Assembly: GCA_965207375.1 (NCBI GenBank)
Contig: CBDBMG010000002.1
Coordinates: forward strand, 1 to 64,000
Length of the DNA: 64,000 nucleotides
Reading direction: 5' to 3'
Origin: Nitrosopumilaceae archaeon
Lineage (GTDB): Archaea; Thermoproteota; Nitrososphaeria; Nitrososphaerales; Nitrosopumilaceae
Made by a program: the position numbers and the translations under genes
Shown: one piece after another, positions 43,016 through 56,688 of the stretch
Position numbering within the stretch: position 1 is the first letter of the stretch
How the letters are laid out: each line of letters starts with the position of its first letter
Notes under the pieces: generated by a model
Database searches by the model: none
Told to the model about the DNA's origin: nothing
Seen by the model: the letters and a program-made list of their open reading frames with translations, nothing else

Positions 43016-43475
43016 CAGAGTTGGGGGTAACTAGTTACTTTGTAACTAAGTTATGTAATATATTACTTTTAAAGTAACTAAGTAACTTAACGAGTTACAT
43101 TTCTCAAAAGTAATATGTAACTAGTAATAATATTAATTTACTTTTGCAAAGTTTCATAATAAGTTATATTACTTTCCGTATTTTTCTGTGAAAGTCCGTT
43201 TACTGATAGTAATTTCAATAAAACTCCTTTAAAATTGTGTTAGCAATCATGAATAGTGTTACACAGACATATTTTAACTACTTAATATCAGAGAATTGGT
43301 TGCTAAACATGATTTTTACTACAAAACAAGTGAATTTTAATGTAAAAAGTAACTAGTAATATATTACTAGTTACTTATCTGAGAGAGTAATATGTAACTG
43401 TAACAAGTTACTTTTCCTGAAAGTAAATAGTAACTTGTAACTAGTTACTTTTTAAAAGTAACGACCCCAACTCTG
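43016..43475. mobile_element. hAT MITE rich in GTAAC/GTTAC motifs
   Basis: TIR cagagttgggg / ccccaactctg; TSD gctatcat / gctatcac. Confidence 0.88.
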
Positions 43476-43971
43476 GCTATCACTCAAACAAATCAGCACT
43501 TAGTGAGCAATAAAATAGCAGAATATTTTCCAGACTTATAGCTAATTATTTTTATGCACACATGCAACACTCAATTGGGCTCATGTGTAACTTTTATTAA
43601 AAGGAACCATTAGCTACCCAGCCCAAGCATATTTGCTGCAGTTGTAAATAGCTGCTGAGGCACTTATACTTTGAAGTGTCTAAAGCCTGCAATAACAGCA
43701 GAGCCATACATACAGGATAGCTAACCTGCCTAAACTCTATGACTCATGGAAGATAAGTGCATGGGTATATCCTTTGTAATTGCCTTCTTCAGCATGGGCT
43801 GAGTGGCTATAAAGGAGCTAGAAGAGCAGCAACAGGCTAAGAGATAAACAGGTAGCTATACAAATTCAAGTGTTGTCAAACCAATAGATTAAGTTGTTAG
43901 CTGGTATGACCTACTACAAGGCATTAGGTGTTAAACATGAGTAAATAAGTGCATGGTGACTGTACTATAGT

Positions 43972-44272
43972 ATGCTAAGCAAAAAAATTTAAAAATGAGT
44001 GAGACCAATCAGAAGCAGCAATGTAAATGGTGGTTATGTGTGACCAAAACTTTGAGGCCAATTGGCATCGAGCTACTTGAATGATACAACAGTTTATTGC
44101 TAGCTATAGGGTATTTTCACCACTGTGATCATGATTGACTTTGAAATAATGCATGGAGGTGCAAAAAAGGTAGCCAAGTGACTGCAAGCCAATCATAGTG
44201 GTGAAAATATACTGTAGCTAGCAATAAACTATTGTCATTCAAGTACGTAATTTTTGGTCACACGTAACCACC
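43972..44272. repeat. Old degenerate family-A-like palindrome
   Basis: gaccaatcagaagc, tacttgaatga / tcattcaagta, gtgcaaaaaggtagccaagtgac, ggtggttatgtgtgacc / ggtcacacgtaaccacc. Confidence 0.65.
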
Positions 44273-44543
44273 ATGATATAAAAGCTATAATCTATAATCA
44301 AGCTATGTAAAGCATGTTTTTTCGTATCGTGTAACTAGTGGATATCAGGCCCCCAATCCCACACCCATTTCTACCCCTTGGTGGGTGGCTATAATAGCAA
44401 CTGTACAGTTATCTATACACTCACATACTTAGGGCACTCCTCACATACTATAGCTATAGCTATGCAATACACTGATGCTTGGGGATTATAAGCCTCATGT
44501 ACTTATTTCTATAGTTATCCTTGTTCCGTAACACGTTTTATTA

Positions 44544-46147
44544 TCAAGACTCACGATAGTGAGTCGCGAGGCCAAGAAGAAGCACCCGTACGCGACGAAT
44601 GAGTGAGTTATTTACACGTAGCACCGCTCTGAAATTTGAAAACGCTGTAACTAAGCCGCCACGACAGCTATCGCCTAGTTATTCAGGACTCAGAACGTTC
44701 TAACCATATAGAATTAGTAACCCGACAATGGAGGAAATCGGCGCCACCAATCCTAAGTACCAGCCATTGCGAGTTTTATGGCACCCGTTCGTGCGCCCAC
44801 GCTCGAAAAACCATCCCCTTGGCACCTACTTACTCGTTTACTAAACAAATAGTACCTTCAATGTATGAAGAATCGTTGACCTGAAGTCGTTTGATATTAA
44901 ACTCCTTCCTGTAATCAAAAATATTTTAGGCGCCCGTCGTTTTTTTTTCTTTCTTCTTCTTTCTTTCATTTTCATCGCACACTTTTTGTGCGCTTGCGCG
45001 TGAATTCCGGAATTTCTATTTAAAACACTCACACTTATTTGTCTAATAACTCACTCATTTCTGCATGGATTTCAACCAAATTTGTATCAACACTTCTCCT
45101 ATGTATGCTCTACCAGAAAAACAACTTTCAGCATAAAGCAAATACCTAACTATATTTGAGAGATACTTTTACACTGCATGTTGATAGTTTCCATAACTCG
45201 GACCCCCTCTAAATCATTTGAATAAAATTTCAGATACACAAACTATATTGATACATGAATCTTCAGGATAAGTTTAAAGAAATTGTGACACTTCAGTTTG
45301 TCAAAATTAGCCTTTAATGATCATTCATGCTTATGTGCCATGCAAGATAATTATACCAAACAACACGAGGTGAACAGTGGCCACACATTATAAATAGGAG
45401 ACCACTGTCCTGTTAGCATGCACAAAATTTATTTATAGCATTATAATATATCTTCTCCTGTAGATCAATCAACAGTACAGGACATGATGGCAATGATGTA
45501 GCCTTCATTGAGGTTCTTCACTGTTCTCCACCTATATACATAGCTAACAATTATAGTAATACGTACTTTATATGTTCATTAGCTACTTGAGGGAAATACA
45601 AGCCAAGGAAACACCTAAAGTATTAACTTCCAGCTCCTCTACCCTTTAAATTTTTATTACTCTGCATACTTCATATAAGGTTTCTTGTCAGAACTTGTTT
45701 ATAATTGTAATCCATTTACAAAAAGCAGTGATATGCTAAACAAAAACAGTCTGGCTGTAAAAAAGTGCGAGGCCAATCAGAAGCCACAATGGCTATAAGC
45801 GACCAAAATCTCTGATATCAAGTAAGGCCAAGAAGTTGAACATTTTATTAAGAATCCTTTTACTTGAATGACATACAATAGTTTACAGGGCATTTTCACA
45901 ACTATGATTGGCTTTGTCACTTGGCCACCTTTTTGTACTATCATCTTTTATAAGGTGGCCAAGTGACAAAGCCAATCATAGTTGTGAAAATGCCCTGTAA
46001 ACTATTGTATGTCATTCAAGTAAAAGGATTCTTAATAAAATGTTCAACTTCTTGGCCTTACTTGATATCAGAGATTTTGGTCGCTTATAGCCATTGTGGC
46101 TTCTGATTGGCCTCGCACTTTTTTACAGCCAGGCTGTTTTTGTTTAG
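44544..46147 (+). mobile_element. Family A palindrome-terminated element, copy 2
   Basis: 5' TC, hairpin GACTCAC-gata-GTGAGTC, GCGAGGCCAA; 196-bp arms 45736-45931 / 45952-46147; ends GTTTAG. Confidence 0.92.
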
Positions 46148-47559
46148 CATTTGTAATATACGTATATACTGGGTGAATGTATGACACGTATAGCAAGGCA
46201 CCTAAATATTGTATGAAATGAAGTGTTAGCCTATGAATGTTGACTTGCGTGATTATTAATGCAATATTGGATGATTGAATCCCATCTAACAATCACTAAA
46301 CCTTGAACTAAACACATGTGCAATAGTTAGCAAAACAATAACATACTTTTACGCCCTGACTTGTGGTGTTTATTGTAGGTGCCCGTCTGCTTCAGCTTAT
46401 ATATTTAATATGGTAGTAGCCCTTAGCTAAGGAAATACAGCTGGGGATTCTCATTTCACATCCAATAAAGGTCTTTGTGCTGGATCAACACTGAGTTATC
46501 TCGAGTGCTTGCAATCGATTGTCGCACATACTGAATTTCATAGTTTACAGAGTTTAGAGCTGTCGTACACTAAATATACAAGCAAGCCTTGGATTCACCA
46601 AAGTTTTTTCACAAATATATCAAAAACACTATTTTGCCACAATTTTTACTGTTAAAGTTTTTTGCTGTACTGTAGTTTAAATGTTTTTATAGGCCGTATA
46701 ATATTTAAGCAAGCCCTGTTTGTTTGCTTGCGTGTGGTTAAAAACCGGTTTACTGGCTTATGTCGGTTTTAGACCCAAAGTGTCTAGGCCAGTCTACTGG
46801 TCTATGCGGGTATAAGGGTTAAGAGAATAGTGCCTTTGGAGGGCACTGCGATTGGGTTGCCATGACCTGGAACTGCTCCCATTGCTAACTAGATTCCTTG
46901 TAGTATGGTGTGTCTATGTTGAGTGGCTAGTAGTGTTACTAATGCTCCAATTAATATTTAATGATGTAATTGTTAACCTACACAGTAGTTGTATATGATG
47001 TACAGTGAGAATAAGATATAAATTAAAACCCACAATCAATTCTATTATGTGTGACTATATAAGAACTGAGTAAACCTTTACTAAGTGTATGATGATAAGT
47101 GTACTATGTTGATGTTTGAAATGTCTTAAAAATTTTGCAAGGCCTATAGCTGTTGCTATAAGGGCCTCATGTAATCACAAAACAGTGTGTACATCATTGG
47201 CACATGTGGTAGAGCTTAGCGATACTGCCATTTCATTATCACCATTGATACTCTGTCAAACGTTTACAATATGTATATTTCACGATATTTTATGAGCTCT
47301 CAGGTTTGATGTATTCCTATCATTTTCTTCAAAGTTTATAACACACCTTTTGGCTTTTGATCTGTTTCAATGTATTTATAATAATTAGCTGGAGAAGCTG
47401 AAATACTTTTCAAAATTCAATTTTGAACCTGCTACGTAATGGCAATAACTCTACAGCATCATCAACAATTTTGACTACAGTCATTACAATGGTGATACTG
47501 AAATGACAATATCACTAACTTGTGCAATGATATACACACTATTTTGTGATTCCATTAGG

Positions 47560-47722
47560 ACGTACGTATGTATGTACGTATATATGTATATGTATGTATG
47601 TTTGTACGTATGTATGTATATGTGTACATACATACGTACATACGTATGTACGTATGTATGCACGCACGCATGAACGTATGTATGTATATATGTACGTGTT
47701 ACTCCATATACGTACGTACGTA
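47560..47722. repeat. (TATG/TACG)n microsatellite
   Basis: Directly visible. Confidence 0.95.
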
Positions 47723-50700
47723 GGTGATACAATCAGAGACACTAGAGCAACATAAGATACTGGAATAGTTGAACAGCAAGTGTTCAGTATTTCTAGAGGA
47801 CAACTCCAGCATACCAGCCAAGTTGAAGCAATCCTGGAGGTATATACGTATATATGTGGCTTAGTGTTATATATCATGATATAACAAATTGTGACCCGGG
47901 ATGAGAAAATAGGGCTTGTGTGCATACAAAATTTGACCATATTTTTAAAATTCAAGCTTAAATCACTTTATAAGTAATCATAGGAGTGTAATAAAATTTA
48001 TACAATTTGGTGAAATTGCCAAATCCCCACTTTTTCCCTTACGTACGTATGTCACGGTTACCTGATATAACGTAAGTCATCAATATTATCAGTTATCGGC
48101 ACATGAAACCAATTATCGATGGAGCAAAAATGGTGGATATTCAGGCAAACACGTTTGTTTGTGTGAAATCTTCTGAAACTTGCCAATAAGGAAAAGTTAT
48201 AGCTAAGTTTGTTATCAATTTAAAAACGAGTTATAAAAGAAATGGGTTGGTTGTTTCGTTGGTTTCTTTTGCCTGCCTGAAAAAACTTGCCAATACAAAA
48301 TAGCTATATCGATGAATAAGTTTGCTAACCAATATGAAAATGTGTTCTAAAAAGAAACGGGCTCAAAAGTTGGTTGTTTTCTTGGTTTCTGTCACCATCC
48401 TGTGATGACCGCATATGTATTGCTATCCTTTGTTCGAAAGTGGATCAAAAACAGTTCCGTGAACAATCGCTTTATGCAGGAAAGATATAAAACTAATATG
48501 TATGTAAGTACAAAAATAACAGTAAGGTTGATTTTTCTTACAACGATAATTGATGTACTGCTGGCTATGACAACTGATAATTAGCCTATGCGGAAACAAT
48601 AACTGATGCAAGCTACAATAATTGATTTCACACAAAATATTTAGGTTGCGTTTATTACATTATCGATTTGTTTTGTGGGAATTATACGTCATTGCATTAT
48701 TTTACGTATATATTCTACTTGTATCGAGGCTACTGTGTGTTCTATAAAGTGTTTTAATGGCTGAAAAATCGTATAGTTTTTTCTGCGAATTAATCGGTAA
48801 CTAACACTATGTTAATGCTTGAATACTACGTACATAACAATTGGTCTAATATGTGTACATTTCTACTACAAAAATGTCAGGACATAGCTACGTATGTATC
48901 TATGCATATAATTTAATTATGCTAGTATAAAGAGTATACATATACGTATACGTATGACCAGGCCCGATAAAATCAGTCTTATCTACACAAAATACACCTA
49001 TTTATATCTATCTCTCTGTGTATGCTGTACCTTTTACTCAATTCCTTAGGAAATTTTATGTACCGAATATGCGATACATTTGGAAGTGATTTTAATTTGG
49101 CAGCTTGGCAAATTTGGCTTTAATCACCAAATTTTGTGTCCGCCAACACTGATTGTAGTCAAGTAATTCCTTTTATGTCAGTTTTATTAATCCTATTCGC
49201 CAAACTAAATGCCCACCAATTTGCATTACATTCCAATTCACTAAACTTAATGTTCGCCAAATGTACCGCATATACGGTATATGATGAAATTCGTGTTAAA
49301 GCATTATTTGAAAACTGAAATTACGTAGGTCAATTTTTACGTGTAGTATTCTCAAGCCCGGTCACACATTTCAGTGACTTTCTATATAATTATAAATTAT
49401 GTTATGGGTCATTAATATTCTATAGGAAATCATTGTATATTTAGTTATGAGGGGAAGCCATGCTAATGTGATTATCAATAAACTCAATCCCACAATGCAA
49501 TCATTTACATGTCAGTATAAATACTGTAGCAGTAGCTCATCTGTCTCTATTATTCAGCAAGTCCTGTATTCAGCAAGTCCTGTGTTAGGCAATGTGAGGG
49601 CTTTAGTCCATACCAAAACTTACCAATAATTTTTGAAGGCACTCCTATTATTGAATAGCACGGTGCCATGCCGAGTATATCTAAAGTGACGTATAATTTG
49701 CACAGCTATGTACTGACTTGCATATACGCAGGTTTAAAAGCAGTTTTACCTATTTGATAAATGTTGGATATGTTTGATTGTGGGTTTGAATTTTTAAATG
49801 CTGTTCTAAATCCAGTAATCTGTTCAGTTCCCTAACAAAATGCTATTAATGGACAATGCAAGTACTAAAATCCATACCAATACTTGAAGTACTGGATGCC
49901 TAAGGCATTGAGTACTTGTTGAATTTCTATTCCTATTATCACACGAATTTTGACTTGCAGAAGCTATTATCATACAGCCAAAAATAAAGGTTTAAGCATC
50001 AAACATATTCATATTCCCAATATTCATCAAGTCTTTGTTTAAACAGTGAAAGAGTGGATACCGAGATCACTGCTACAGGTAGAGAGTTCTACATAATATT
50101 ATTGACAATTCTCTGAGTATGTAAAGAAATTTGATTTTAGATGACTTTTCCATAACTTTATGTGATGGCCTCTCGTGTTTTGGACTGTACTTAACATAAA
50201 GAACTTGGTTCAATCAATGTCAAAGTACCCATTTAGCATTTTATATACCTCAATAAGATTACCGCATTGCCGTCAACAAAATAAGGAATAAATTCCAAGT
50301 TCTCTTAATCTCGGAGTATTAAAGATGACACTAAATGTAATACTGTATGTTATATTGATTTTCAATAGAGATGTACTCTGCAGTTGTTGATATTTGTAAC
50401 TACGTGTGTACGTATTTCAAATAAAGATAATGTGAAAACATTCCAACACCACATTAAAATTTTTCAAAGCCAGGTTGCAAGTATTTGGAATGTACGTACG
50501 TACGTACCTACGTATCAAATGAAACTCACTGGTGTCAACCATGCCTATGATTCAACAACCTTTCCGGAATGTAACATGTTGAACTCCTCCAAAAATGTAG
50601 TTCCCTAGCAATACCTTTAAGATACGTATGTACCTACTCAACTAAATTGTCCAAAGATTTTGTACCAACTGTTGTTACGTTTGATTGGTAAAAGTACACT

Positions 50701-51151
50701 GCTTTGGAGGTCCAGAGAAAATTATAAAATTTTGCAATTGATCTTTCATTATGTCAGACCATACATAAAATTGATCTGACATTTATGGTCACTCTTACAG
50801 TCCACCAAACATATACAACTCAATCCTTTAGGCTCCCTCCTTATTATTTGATCTGACGATCTGTCAGACTGTACCTCATTATTGTCTGACAAATATGCTA
50901 CGTACTTGGCCTAGGAATGTTGACAGGCTATTATAATTGTCTTTGAGGTCTTAAAATCAGACATATGTAGTTCAGCATAGGCAGCAGAAGTAGGATGGCC
51001 AGGGTCATGGTCCCTCTTAAATTTTAAGGCTCTCCATAGAAATTCAATTTTTGCAATAGAAAGAGTTTAGCAAAGTGGCCTCCGCATCTTTTAGTAGCTT
51101 CCTCCACCACTGCTTAGGTATTAAAATGCTACTAGGCATACGTACATATAC

Positions 51152-51979
51152 TAGAGATGCAACAACATATCGATATATCGCCATATCGTGATACATTAGG
51201 CAGTGATACTGTATCGATACATATTTAGGTCGTATCAATATATCGAATATCGTGATATATCAATGTATCGACAACAAAACCGTATACTTGTATACACAGT
51301 GCTGTAGGGCAACTTATTATCGAGCTTTAGACAAAAGTTTCGTGGATTAATTTTCAAGGATGAGCAAACCTGGCAAGATGCGATATATCAGTCGTTCGAC
51401 ACGTGCTGAGGCAAAGCACGAATCGCAAGGGTCTCGTGACCATCGCAAGTATGTAATTACGTAATGCATAGCAGCATAGATTATAAAAGGGGCACGAACC
51501 TTCGCTATCCTTTATAACCTTCTGAACTTCTTTATTGCTGAAACTATTCCACTGGTAGAAATTACCCCAGATAAACTACCGCTTGGCGATGGCAAGGGAG
51601 TTTTAACGTCACTTTCCAGCACAACTGCCGGTCGACACGTATGTTATTGTATGGGCTCCCCAGCTATAGCTACCTATAATTAGCTAGGGTTAAAAATTTC
51701 AAGGATAATATTTTCGAGGTTCTGTAAAAATCCTCGAAATCCTTGAAAATTTTTATCCTCGAAAATAAGTCGCCCTACGGTATTTTATGACGATGCTGTA
51801 GTTTGTATATTGTGGTTGCCAGTTTTACAGCTCTGCAACTATTTTAGTGCTTACAATTTTGGAGAAAAGTTCTAAAAATCAGCTAATTCACACTTAACCA
51901 TATCCAACAATATATCGCTGTATCGTGATACAAAAGTGGCAATATATCGATATCCAAATTGTGTATCGTTATACCTCTA
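51152..51979. mobile_element. hAT MITE containing a nested pogo-type MITE (~51300-51782)
   Basis: tagag... / ...cctcta ends, TSD acatatac / acatatcc; inner c.gtagggc.acttatt / aataagtcgccctacggta. Confidence 0.7.
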
Positions 51980-53512
51980 ACATATCCGTAACTGCTAGGA
52001 GAGACTGGAATAGTAACTTTTACTGGCGGTTAATGTATATCTGCGCTTGTTTATTTGCAGCTGAAAATGAAACAACTTTTGAGATGTTTGTAAACAAACT
52101 TGTTGAGAGCTGCAAGTATATTACATTAACAAAGCATTAATGATACATACTTGACATTATAGATACAAATGTAATAATGCCTACAATGAATGAATGGATC
52201 GTTTTCTTGATCTTCTAATTAGCATTTAAATGCTACATATATATACTGGCATGTATTAGCAATGATTGTGGGATTCAGTTTTCAGGGTGTCAAAGGTGAA
52301 TTACAAAGGTTTGCATGAAAGTGCATATTTTCCATAATTTTATTTTGGTGTTTTAATTTAAACCCACAATCAATTGTAATAACAGTTAGTAAAAAAGACA
52401 TGACTACTTATGAATGTTTTGGGATATGATGTTTCCACTGATTTGTTGATCAGAGTAAGGAATTTTTGGAAGAATCAAACAAAACCATGTTGGATTCTGT
52501 TCTGCAACTGGTAATATCTGATGGTAGCTAAGTTTTGAGAGCTTTAAAATTTGCGAGGTTTTGTTTATGCTGTTGACAGATTAAACTTGTGTGTCAATAT
52601 ATAACTCCATACATGTCCTATTAGTGCATCAACCAATGTCAATGTATACTCTTTGTCTAACCTTCAAAGCTTCAACAAGTGTTTCTTACTACACAAATTT
52701 ACTTACTGTGTTTTTGTCACAGATTTAATGTTAAATACATTACAAAAGTTACCTACAAAATACTTTCTTCTCTGTGAGGTACTCATGTAATAACAGCCGA
52801 CAACTATAAATCCTTTTGGCTGCTCACTTAAGAGGTAAGGGATGCACAAATTACCAGCATACTCCATTATGTAGTTTATATAAACATTTTGAATATTACA
52901 TTTAACAGTCAAAGGTTGGTACCTTCGAATGTTTGTTTATGCACTACATAATATTATGTCGATATACATAGTTTTAAATACGTAAAATCACGAAATTGGT
53001 TACCCTGCATGTTAAAACTGAATCCCACAATCAAATGTTATAAGTGCCAATATATTAGGCTGAAGGGCAGTTGAGAGCAGATTGTGTTCTATGTTACAAT
53101 TTAATGGTCAAATCTTCGTTTCCCTGAAAGGAATAGAAATTTTTGGAAGAGGTTTTTTGGGGGGACTCAAAAAACCACACAAAATAACACAAAAGATATT
53201 TGTGACCGATTTTGGAAAACAGTTACAAATCACACATGAAATCCAGTGTATTTCTGCATGTATTTAATGATATTTCTACTTATGTGTATGTTATTTTTTA
53301 CATTCTTTCAGTAATTTGAGCATTGAATTCCTTGTAGTGCTATGAAATATTATTGGTGTAGCGTTTAGGGGATTATTAATAGCAAAGAATGGCAACTGAA
53401 CACAGCGTATAACCACACTCTATTTATAGTACAGTGGGAAAACCTATAGCTAGGATGTTTACAGAGGTGACAGTAAGCTTGTTTACAAAAACAAGTGTGT
53501 TTACCTATTACA

Positions 53513-55291
53513 CTAGAATGATAAAAAATTTAAAATTTAAATGGTGAGTAGGGATCGAAGGGATCCACTAGTACAGTGCTACAAAAAGTAAGGAAACAAG
53601 AAATAAGATTCTGGCACAAATGAACACTGAAGATTCTGGTAAGAGATAATTTATAAAAGTTTAATCCCTACTTTTGGCTCATATTAGAGCTGTGCAATAC
53701 TATCGATACTACCCGGTATCGTGATATCAAGCAGTATCGATCTACTTCAAGCTTTGGTATCGTAGGTATCGATTATGCAACATATAACCAGACAGGTGAT
53801 GATTTTGGGTCACATTTTCAACTGATTTGGATCAAACTTGTTGGATAAGATCTCTATTAATGTGATAAAATTTGCAACTTCATATACTAAGTGTGAAAAG
53901 ACCAAATTTTATATGCACATTAGCCTGGTTATCTCATGTAGGCCATATCATGTGAAATGTCAATACCTAAAGTATATCGTGATACCCTGACTATGGTATC
54001 GTGATACGCAAACTTGAGGTGGTATCGCACAGCTCTAGCTCATATTAGTCATTATAGTACATTTGCCAAAAGTAGGGATTAAACTTTTATAAATTATCTC
54101 TTACCAGAATCTTCAGTGTTCATTTGTGCCAGAATCTTATTTCTTGTTTCCTTACTTTTTGTAGCACTGTACTAGTGGATCCCTTCGATCCCTACTCACC
54201 ATTTAAATTTTAAATTTTTTATTATTCTAGTTTGTAACCTTTTTATAGGGTATTATAATAATCATTCAGATGCCTACATAGCAGCTACACAAAATTATAC
54301 AGGCGCTTACATAATTATGGCTTCTTTACAGGCGCTTGTTAACAACTTGCTTGTGTAGCAAAGCAGCTGTGCAAGCAAATTACGTCCTTTAAAAACAGCG
54401 AATATATTTGTCCAGCTGCTTGTCGATGTTCAGCTTATAATCAGGAACATCGATAAGTGGCTGGCGCGTAAATTAGTCTGGCGCGTCAATTGGTCTGGCG
54501 TGCGAGACAAAGACTGGTGTGCGTTTCAGTTGAATTAGTTTAGTTATAATTTATGGAGTCGTATAAAGTATAATCGTTTTGGAATAGTTGTTAGTTATCA
54601 AGTAATGTAACAGTGGATGTGGCGTAAGTTGATGCTGTGTGTTTTTGTGTAATGGGATAGCAACTACGTGTGTATGCGCATGCGCAACATTTAAGTATTG
54701 TAGCCTAGAATGCTTCTAAGCCATAACACAATATTCCCTCTGAAAACATCGAAGACATATGCAACATTCCATGCATGAAGCGATTTGTAACTATAAAACG
54801 GCAGGTGCACACTATTGTACCTGTTTACACCTTGTATGGAATGTTGTGGTCAAGCTGAAATTGTTTACGCATTCCAATCGATAGAGAAGAAAGTAAAGAA
54901 AGGAAGTATAAAAGAATCACCATGGCGCAGTGGATAAATCGTCTTCGGAACAACAGTTTCGTAAATGGGAAGGGATAACCTTTGCTGTGCTGAATTTCTG
55001 GAGCCATACACCTAGCGAAACCCGGTCTTACGGCAGGCAGGCCGGCAGGCTGGCAGGCCGGCAGACGAAATCCAGGTGATTTTCGAATTTTTTAAAATTC
55101 ACTATAGATCGAAATAATCGACATTTCACTTTGTTAAACAAATGTAAAGCATTATTATAGCTGTGCCAGTGCGTTTAAGTTGGTTTTTTCGGCTAAAGTA
55201 TATTGTAAGGTGGGTTTTTAGACGTGTGAAAATTCCGCATTCCATACATTCCTTATCGATCCCTATTATTAAGTACTACCGTACTTAATGA
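53513..55291 (-). mobile_element. Family B palindrome-terminated element, complete copy inside the 3' LTR
   Basis: Empty site given by the other LTR (ttaca|atatc), no TSD; on the minus strand T|TC...CTAG|T; 166-bp arms 53513-53678 / 54065-54230. Confidence 0.95.
53685..54037. mobile_element. hAT MITE inserted in the palindrome loop
   Basis: TIR tagagctgtgc.atac / gtatcgcacagctcta; perfect TSD GCTCATAT; related ends near 62669 and 63273. Confidence 0.93.
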
Positions 55292-55422
55292 ATATCACCA
55301 TAAAACGAAGTGCTAATAAAAGTGTAAATTATAACTAATTCCATACACAATAACAATGTGTGTTACAGGATTCTATTTACTTAGCTATAGTGTATGCATT
55401 ATGTCACATCTCCCTCCTGAGC

Positions 55423-56460
55423 TCAATCATATGTCAATCTGTTTGGTGGTCTAATGTCAGCACCAGTTTGGGTTCTAGTCATGATTCTGTTTCTTTCAGG
55501 TTCAGCACTTGTGGTCGAAGTAGAATAGTCATCTGTTCGGCTCAGTCTTTGGTTGAGATGTTGTCTGTTCCTGCGTACTAGTCCGGAAGGTGTAGTCACA
55601 AGGTAAGATCGGGGAGTACCAACATTGGATACAACTCTTCCAGGGGTTTGGTTATTACCAGTTGTCACCCACACTAGTGAATCATCAGGTAATGTATCAA
55701 CTGGTTTCACACGATGTCGACGGTCATAGTCCTTTTTCTGCTTCTCTTTAAACTTGTTTTCTTTTTGTTGAAAATCAGGAAGGAAGTGCCATTGCGGAGT
55801 GAAATGATTGGCTGTTTGAGGAATGTCTGTCTTGACTTTTCTACCCATTGAAAGCTCTGAAGGGCTGAAGTTACACCATGGAAGTGGTGTGGATCGATAG
55901 CTAAGCAATGCTAAATAAGGATCATTTGTTTGCCTTAATAATGCCTTTATGATTTTCACTGTCCTTTCAACCAAACCATTGCTCTGTGGGTAGTGAGGGC
56001 TGCTTGTAATATGATTGAAACCGTAAGTATTAGCAAACTCTTTCATATCACTAGAATCAAACTGTGGTCCATTGTCACTCATCAGCACAGAAGGAATACC
56101 ATGGCGAGAGAAAATGGATTTAAGACTGGAAATTACTGACTTGGAAGTGGTAGAAGTGAGTTGTATTACTTCTGGGTATCTCGAGAAGTAATCCACAACT
56201 AATAGGTAGGTCGACCCATTAAGTTGGAACAAATCAGCTGCAACTCTTTCCCAAGGATGATTCGGCAAAGGTGTAGTCAGTAGGGGTTCCCTGGGGTTGG
56301 GAGCTAGCTTCACGCATTCTGGACATTTTTGCACAAAAGCTTCTATATCTTTTGAAATTCCTGGCTACCAAACGGAGGAAGTTGCTCTGAGACGGCATCG
56401 CACTATGCCCTGGTGACCAGTGTGTATCTTCTGTAACGTTACTGCTTGTAGCTGCTTTGG
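55423..56460 (-). CDS. Gypsy integrase, separated from gag-pol by a stop and frameshift
   Basis: HTGHQG..C..C, ADLF, VVDYFSRY, SDNGPQF, PQSNGLVER. Confidence 0.9.
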
Positions 56461-56688
56461 AACTACTATTCTTCCCCCATAAAGGAGTAGCTCGTCATGA
56501 AATTGCCTCTGACACTCCAGTAGGGCATTAATTCAGGATCATTGCAGATTTTTGGCCATTCTGATTTGCAGTGAGAGATAACTCGGGAGCAAACTGAGTC
56601 TGTTGCTTGAGCCTTTTGGTACACTTGAAGTCGCTGGCAAGTGAGAAGTAATAGTAGCAATAAATATTTCTGTTTCAGATTGCTTCTC

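Noticed and set aside
43972-44272. A second flip/flop case in family A
   Set aside because: The loop reads opposite to copy 2, but the copy is too degenerate and its body side uncertain. Copies 1 and 2 share the same loop orientation.
49800-52520. Possible small exons (e.g. 52061-52115) upstream of the 62116 exon
   Set aside because: They could not be joined into a consistent open frame by eye.
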